Positions 37,301-41,144 of a stretch of 41,144 bases of DNA are shown here, piece by piece. The notes beneath the pieces were generated by a model. That model was given only the letters and a program-made list of their open reading frames with translations. It did no database searches and was not told where the DNA came from. The stretch lies in the IMG/VR virus record IMGVR_UViG_3300028586_000757; one strand, written 5' to 3'. This DNA comes from an uncultured virus (IMG/VR IMGVR_UViG_3300028586_000757). Its lineage: Duplodnaviria; Heunggongvirae; Uroviricota; Caudoviricetes. Position 1 is the first letter of the stretch; every line of letters starts with the position of its first letter. Both the position numbers and the translations under genes were made by a program.

Positions 37301-38338
37301 ATGGCCAAATCATCGGCACCCGCGGCGCAACCCGCACGTCAAGGCTTTTACCGTGTCACTCTGGAAGACGACTCGGAACTCATCGCAGAATGGCGTGAAA
37401 TTGTGAAGGCCGAAGGCAAGCGCTGGTGGCAATACGTCAGCGACAGCCCGACGGCAGCGAAGGTACCGGTTCCGCTCGAGGGCGTCGTCGACTTCGCTCC
37501 TGCAGACAAGAAAGCAGTTGAAAAGCTGCTCAAGCGCGAGCTGTCGGAAGAAGAAAAGCTCGAAGCGGCATACACGTCGTTCATGTCCACCGAATGCCTG
37601 AACCATCGCAACCACTGTCCAGTTCCGCCAGGCCGGCAAGTACAGGTCGGTGACGAGTTGGAAGTGGGCCTGCTACGCGACGTCAAGGCAGTCGAACTGC
37701 GTGACGAAGGGCAAGTTATCATCTACTCGTTCCGGGACGTGAATCACAACTACGGCAACCCTCAGGACCTGGGCATCAAATATCGCGCGGCGCACTGGAC
37801 TGAAGTTCTCATCCGGAAGCACATCCGTGACGACACGCTCACGCTGAACTCGCGCATGTTTAATGCTTACCGCAGTTCGACGCTGGACTCGGTTATCAAC
37901 CGCATGCTGCGCGGCGTGGACGACGCTCCCGACTATCAGCGCGGCTATGCGTGGTCCGCTAAGGACAAGGAGCTGTACCTGGACTCGGTTTTCGCCGGCC
38001 GGGAGCTGGGTCGGTTCATCTTTATCCGCCGCGGCTATCCGCACCGAGACCAAATTCTGGATGGCAAACAGCGCCTGACCTGCCTGTACGAGTTTGTAAC
38101 CAGCCAGCTGGCCTACAACGGTGTCTACTGGCATGAGTTGAGCCCACGTGACCGGGACCGCATCGAAAACCGAAGCATCCAGTTCGCAGAGCTGCATCAG
38201 GACGAATTCACCCGCGCGGACCTCCTCCAGATTTTCCTCGAGGTCAATGCCGCTGGCGTGCCACAGACCGAAGAGCATCTGGCACGCGTGCGTGCAATGC
38301 TTGAAGAAGAGCGTACCAAAAACGCGGCTTCAGCGTAA
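37301..38338 (+). CDS. DUF262 domain protein, paralogue 2
   Basis: ATG at 37301 after AAGGAC; PDYQRGYAW, LDGKQR; colinear with 17225-18283 over the full length. Confidence 0.85.
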   Translation: MAKSSAPAAQPARQGFYRVTLEDDSELIAEWREIVKAEGKRWWQYVSDSPTAAKVPVPLEGVVDFAPADKKAVEKLLKRELSEEEKLEAAYTSFMSTECLNHRNHCPVPPGRQVQVGDELEVGLLRDVKAVELRDEGQVIIYSFRDVNHNYGNPQDLGIKYRAAHWTEVLIRKHIRDDTLTLNSRMFNAYRSSTLDSVINRMLRGVDDAPDYQRGYAWSAKDKELYLDSVFAGRELGRFIFIRRGYPHRDQILDGKQRLTCLYEFVTSQLAYNGVYWHELSPRDRDRIENRSIQFAELHQDEFTRADLLQIFLEVNAAGVPQTEEHLARVRAMLEEERTKNAASA

Positions 38339-38487
38339 CGTCCTCGACGTAGCATATTCTCGCCCCCGACTCGTTCGGGGGCTTTTTTTTTGCGAAGACA
38401 TCTAAAAAGTAAGGGCGCATTACAGATTTTTTAATGCGTAGTAGCTATTCAGATGAGGAACCATTTTCTCAACCCTGAAAGGACTGT

Positions 38488-39264
38488 ATGGAATTTCTGC
38501 TGGACCCTAGCCTGTGGATGGCGTTCGCCATGCTGACTGCACTGGAAATCGTGCTCGGCGTCGACAACATCATCTTCCTGACCATTCTGGTCAACCGCCT
38601 GCCGGCCGAACGACGCGACCAAGGACGCAAGTTCGGTCTCGGCTTCGCCTTGGGCTCGCGCCTGGCGCTGCTGTGCTCGCTATCGTGGGTCATGGGTCTG
38701 ACGGCACCGCTGGTCACTCTGTTCGGCCACGGCATCAGTGGGCGCGACCTCATCCTTATCGGCGGGGGTCTGTTCCTGCTGTACAAGGCATCTCACGAGA
38801 TTTTCATTGAAGTCGAAGCACGCGAACAAGACGGTGTGGAAGGCATGGAAGCTAAAAATCCAGCCGCGGCTGGTGCCAAGCTGTTCTGGGGCACCGTCGT
38901 CCAGATTGGTATCATCGACATCGTCTTCTCGCTGGACTCGGTCATTACTGCCGTTGGCATGGTGAACAAGCTGCCGGTGATGGTTGCTGCAGTGGTGGCT
39001 TCGTGTGCCATCATGATGAAGGCGGCTAAGCCAATTGGTGAATTCGTCGAACGTCACCCTTCGGTGAAAGTCCTGGCACTGTCGTTCCTGACCATGGTCG
39101 GTATGGCTTTGATTGCCGAAGGCTTCCATGTCGAAGTACCGAAAGGCTACATCTACGCCTCGATGGTCTTCTCGCTGCTGGTGGAATTCTTGAACATCCG
39201 TGGCCGTGCCAAGCGCCTGGCGGCTAACGCTGTTAAGAACACCCAAGCCGACGCGACGGTGTAA
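38488..39264 (+). CDS. terC: TerC-family integral membrane protein
   Basis: LTALEIVLGVDNIIF, GRDLILIGGGLFLLYKA, DIVFSLDSVITAVG, PKGYIY signatures; no CBS domains. Confidence 0.92.
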   Translation: MEFLLDPSLWMAFAMLTALEIVLGVDNIIFLTILVNRLPAERRDQGRKFGLGFALGSRLALLCSLSWVMGLTAPLVTLFGHGISGRDLILIGGGLFLLYKASHEIFIEVEAREQDGVEGMEAKNPAAAGAKLFWGTVVQIGIIDIVFSLDSVITAVGMVNKLPVMVAAVVASCAIMMKAAKPIGEFVERHPSVKVLALSFLTMVGMALIAEGFHVEVPKGYIYASMVFSLLVEFLNIRGRAKRLAANAVKNTQADATV

Positions 39265-39416
39265 CAACAGGCACGAGCATCACATGATTTGCTAAACGGC
39301 TGCCTTCTGGCGGCCGTTTCTTTTTCGTGCCATACCAGCATGTGCGTATTTATAGTCCGGGTCTCTATACGGAACAACTATTATCAAGTCCGCATGATTC
39401 ACTTAACCGTCCCATA

Positions 39417-41144
39417 ATGCACAACTTCCCACCCTTAAAAAAGCTGTCTTCGCTGGTTCTTCTGGCGCTAGCTCTTCAACCGTTCGCGAGTAAAGCGGCG
39501 ACCTACGAATTCAAGCGCCCACAGGCGACATTGGTTGTGGTGGGGTCCACTGTTGTACCTTCGGGTGCGGGGGGCGCTACAAAAGCATCGTCAGCGCGAT
39601 GGAGCACTACGAGCCTGGTGTTCGGTGGCGTGGCTGTGGGGTCCAGCTTGACGAAAAACGTCACCCTCTACAATGACGGCGATGGCGCAGGTGACTTCTC
39701 AGCATTCGCTGGCCTGGCGCCCGGGCTAACCGCCGATGCCACTACATGCACGAGCGTCGCCCCGGGTACGGGCTGCTCGGTTCGGTTCACCTTTACCCCT
39801 GTGGGCTCGGTTGCCTTGTCGGCACCTAATGTCTACCCGGCTGCAGGTGCGCACTCCAATGTGCTCAACGTAACCGGCCAGGGGCTCTTGACTGCCGTGA
39901 GCCTGTCGACAGGCACGCTTGATTTTGGCAGCATCCCGCTCTCGACGACGTCCAGTGCAAAGTCCGTGATGCTCTCGAATTCGGGGAATACTGACGTCTC
40001 GATTGGTGCACTGAACTTCTCGGGCCAGTACGTGGCCTCTACTACGTGTGGTTCCACGCTGGCCGCGGGAACTTCCTGCTACGTAAACGTCTCCTTCAAG
40101 CCAACTAGTTCCGGCACTCAGCCCGGCTCGGTATCGCTGGGAACAGGCGCTGGGGCGCAAAACGTGACGCTGACAGGCGTCGGGCAGAGCGCTACGGGTG
40201 AGCTAACAGTGGCATCTGGGTACTCCTCAGACTTTGGCACTGTGTCGGCCGGCAGCTCCGCAACACGCTCATTTGTGTTCACGAATACCGGGGCAGACTC
40301 ATTAGCTGGCGTGTACGCCGGCGCTGCTGGCACAGGTTTCTCGGTTGCCTCCGTGGGGAACACCTGCGGTACGCAGGCTGCTCCTGTAACTCTCGTTGCG
40401 AAGGCGAGCTGTCAATTCAACGTCGTCTTTAATCCTGCCAATGCAGGACCTGTAGCGGGCGCGCAAGCAAGAGTGACTAGCACTGCAACCAACTCCCCGT
40501 CGGTGCTTTCGCTGACCGGGACGGGTCAAGCCTCTGGTACTACGTATACCGTGGGCTTCAACGGCACACAAGGCAGCACGACGTTCACAGATACGACGTC
40601 GTTCTCGAGCTGGGCTTCTGTGGGTGGTGCTGCTTTGACCACCTCTACATTCAGCGAAGGAACTTCGGCGGTCTCCTTGAACGGCAAGGGTCAAGCAGTG
40701 GTTGGCCCTGTCATCAACCTGGTCAACGATTTCACGGTTCAAGTGTCGGTTCGACCCACGGCATATCCAGGAGGCACCTCCGCTATTGTGGGTCAGTGGC
40801 AGCAAACGGTGGGGCAGGGCGGTTGGCTTGTCTTCATGAACAGCAACGGAACAATCTCGTTCGAGCTCGGGGCGATTTCGGATTACGCCGCGCAGATGAC
40901 GTCTACCACCGCGGCTCCATTGAACCAGTGGACGAAGGTGACGGTAACTCGGCAAGGCTCCACGTTCCGTATGTACCTCAACGGCGTATTGAACACCACC
41001 TATACGAACGCAACTGTTGGCCGCTCTATTGGAGTGAGCACTTCCATGGGTTCGTACTACTCGGGCAACCTGGGCGCTGGATATTGGTTCACAGGTCAAC
41101 TTGATGACCTCAAGATTCAGCTCGGCACGGCAGTGACACCCTGA
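39417..41144 (+). CDS. Short secreted adhesin-like paralogue D: 3 Ig-like modules + 1 LamG
   Basis: ATG at 39417, signal peptide (LALQPFASKA), three Cys-paired modules, LamG homologous to the first LamG of A-C; TGA at the window end. Confidence 0.88.
   Translation: MHNFPPLKKLSSLVLLALALQPFASKAATYEFKRPQATLVVVGSTVVPSGAGGATKASSARWSTTSLVFGGVAVGSSLTKNVTLYNDGDGAGDFSAFAGLAPGLTADATTCTSVAPGTGCSVRFTFTPVGSVALSAPNVYPAAGAHSNVLNVTGQGLLTAVSLSTGTLDFGSIPLSTTSSAKSVMLSNSGNTDVSIGALNFSGQYVASTTCGSTLAAGTSCYVNVSFKPTSSGTQPGSVSLGTGAGAQNVTLTGVGQSATGELTVASGYSSDFGTVSAGSSATRSFVFTNTGADSLAGVYAGAAGTGFSVASVGNTCGTQAAPVTLVAKASCQFNVVFNPANAGPVAGAQARVTSTATNSPSVLSLTGTGQASGTTYTVGFNGTQGSTTFTDTTSFSSWASVGGAALTTSTFSEGTSAVSLNGKGQAVVGPVINLVNDFTVQVSVRPTAYPGGTSAIVGQWQQTVGQGGWLVFMNSNGTISFELGAISDYAAQMTSTTAAPLNQWTKVTVTRQGSTFRMYLNGVLNTTYTNATVGRSIGVSTSMGSYYSGNLGAGYWFTGQLDDLKIQLGTAVTP

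Larger units (their letters stand above)
650..39370. promoter_or_regulatory. Dispersed non-canonical promoter-like motif CTA(T/C)A(C/G/A), often followed after 5-8 nt by GAC(A/C)..TTT
   Basis: Instances at 650, 3309, 4179, 5019, 5475, 6409, 8105, 9390, 9817, 10249, 12001, 12687, 16393, 17182, 20428, 25643, 30871, 32080, 37264, 39365 (+) and 3074, 16353 (-); most lie 30-44 nt before a start codon. Confidence 0.7.

Noticed and set aside
650..39370. CTAYAC as an ordinary RpoS -10 box (CTAYACT)
   Set aside because: The highly conserved final T is absent in almost all instances; not fully excluded without TSS data.
1..41144. CRISPR array, tRNA, rRNA, IS/transposase
   Set aside because: No regularly spaced repeats, cloverleafs, or transposase/integrase motifs seen by eye.

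Overview
Accessory DNA of roughly 55-60% GC (estimated by eye), with no housekeeping, rRNA, tRNA, virion or replication genes. It most likely comes from a proteobacterial megaplasmid or jumbo phage; the replicon type cannot be fixed from this window. The left 18 kb is a run of small genes, mostly hypothetical. Recognisable ones are an LbH protein, a MazG-like protein, DUF3761, a 2OG-Fe(II) oxygenase, an A24 prepilin peptidase, a Glyoxalase_8-domain protein, a deoxyribosyltransferase-Nudix fusion and DUF262. Most genes are self-contained cassettes: a non-canonical CTAYAC element about 30-45 nt upstream of the start, often an AGGAC ribosome-binding site, and their own intrinsic terminator. Several cassettes are bracketed by near-identical terminator repeats. 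The right 23 kb holds a c-di-GMP-I riboswitch directly in front of a secreted subtilisin. After it come four paralogous secreted adhesin-like proteins built from Cys-paired Ig-like (choice-of-anchor D/ASH-type) modules and LamG domains, with conserved stalks and swapped LamG tips. A second DUF262 paralogue and a TerC-family gene sit among them. Three candidate structured RNAs or leaders were also found (12455-12645, 14440-14625, 18578-18689). All family assignments are by motif recognition only; no searches were run.
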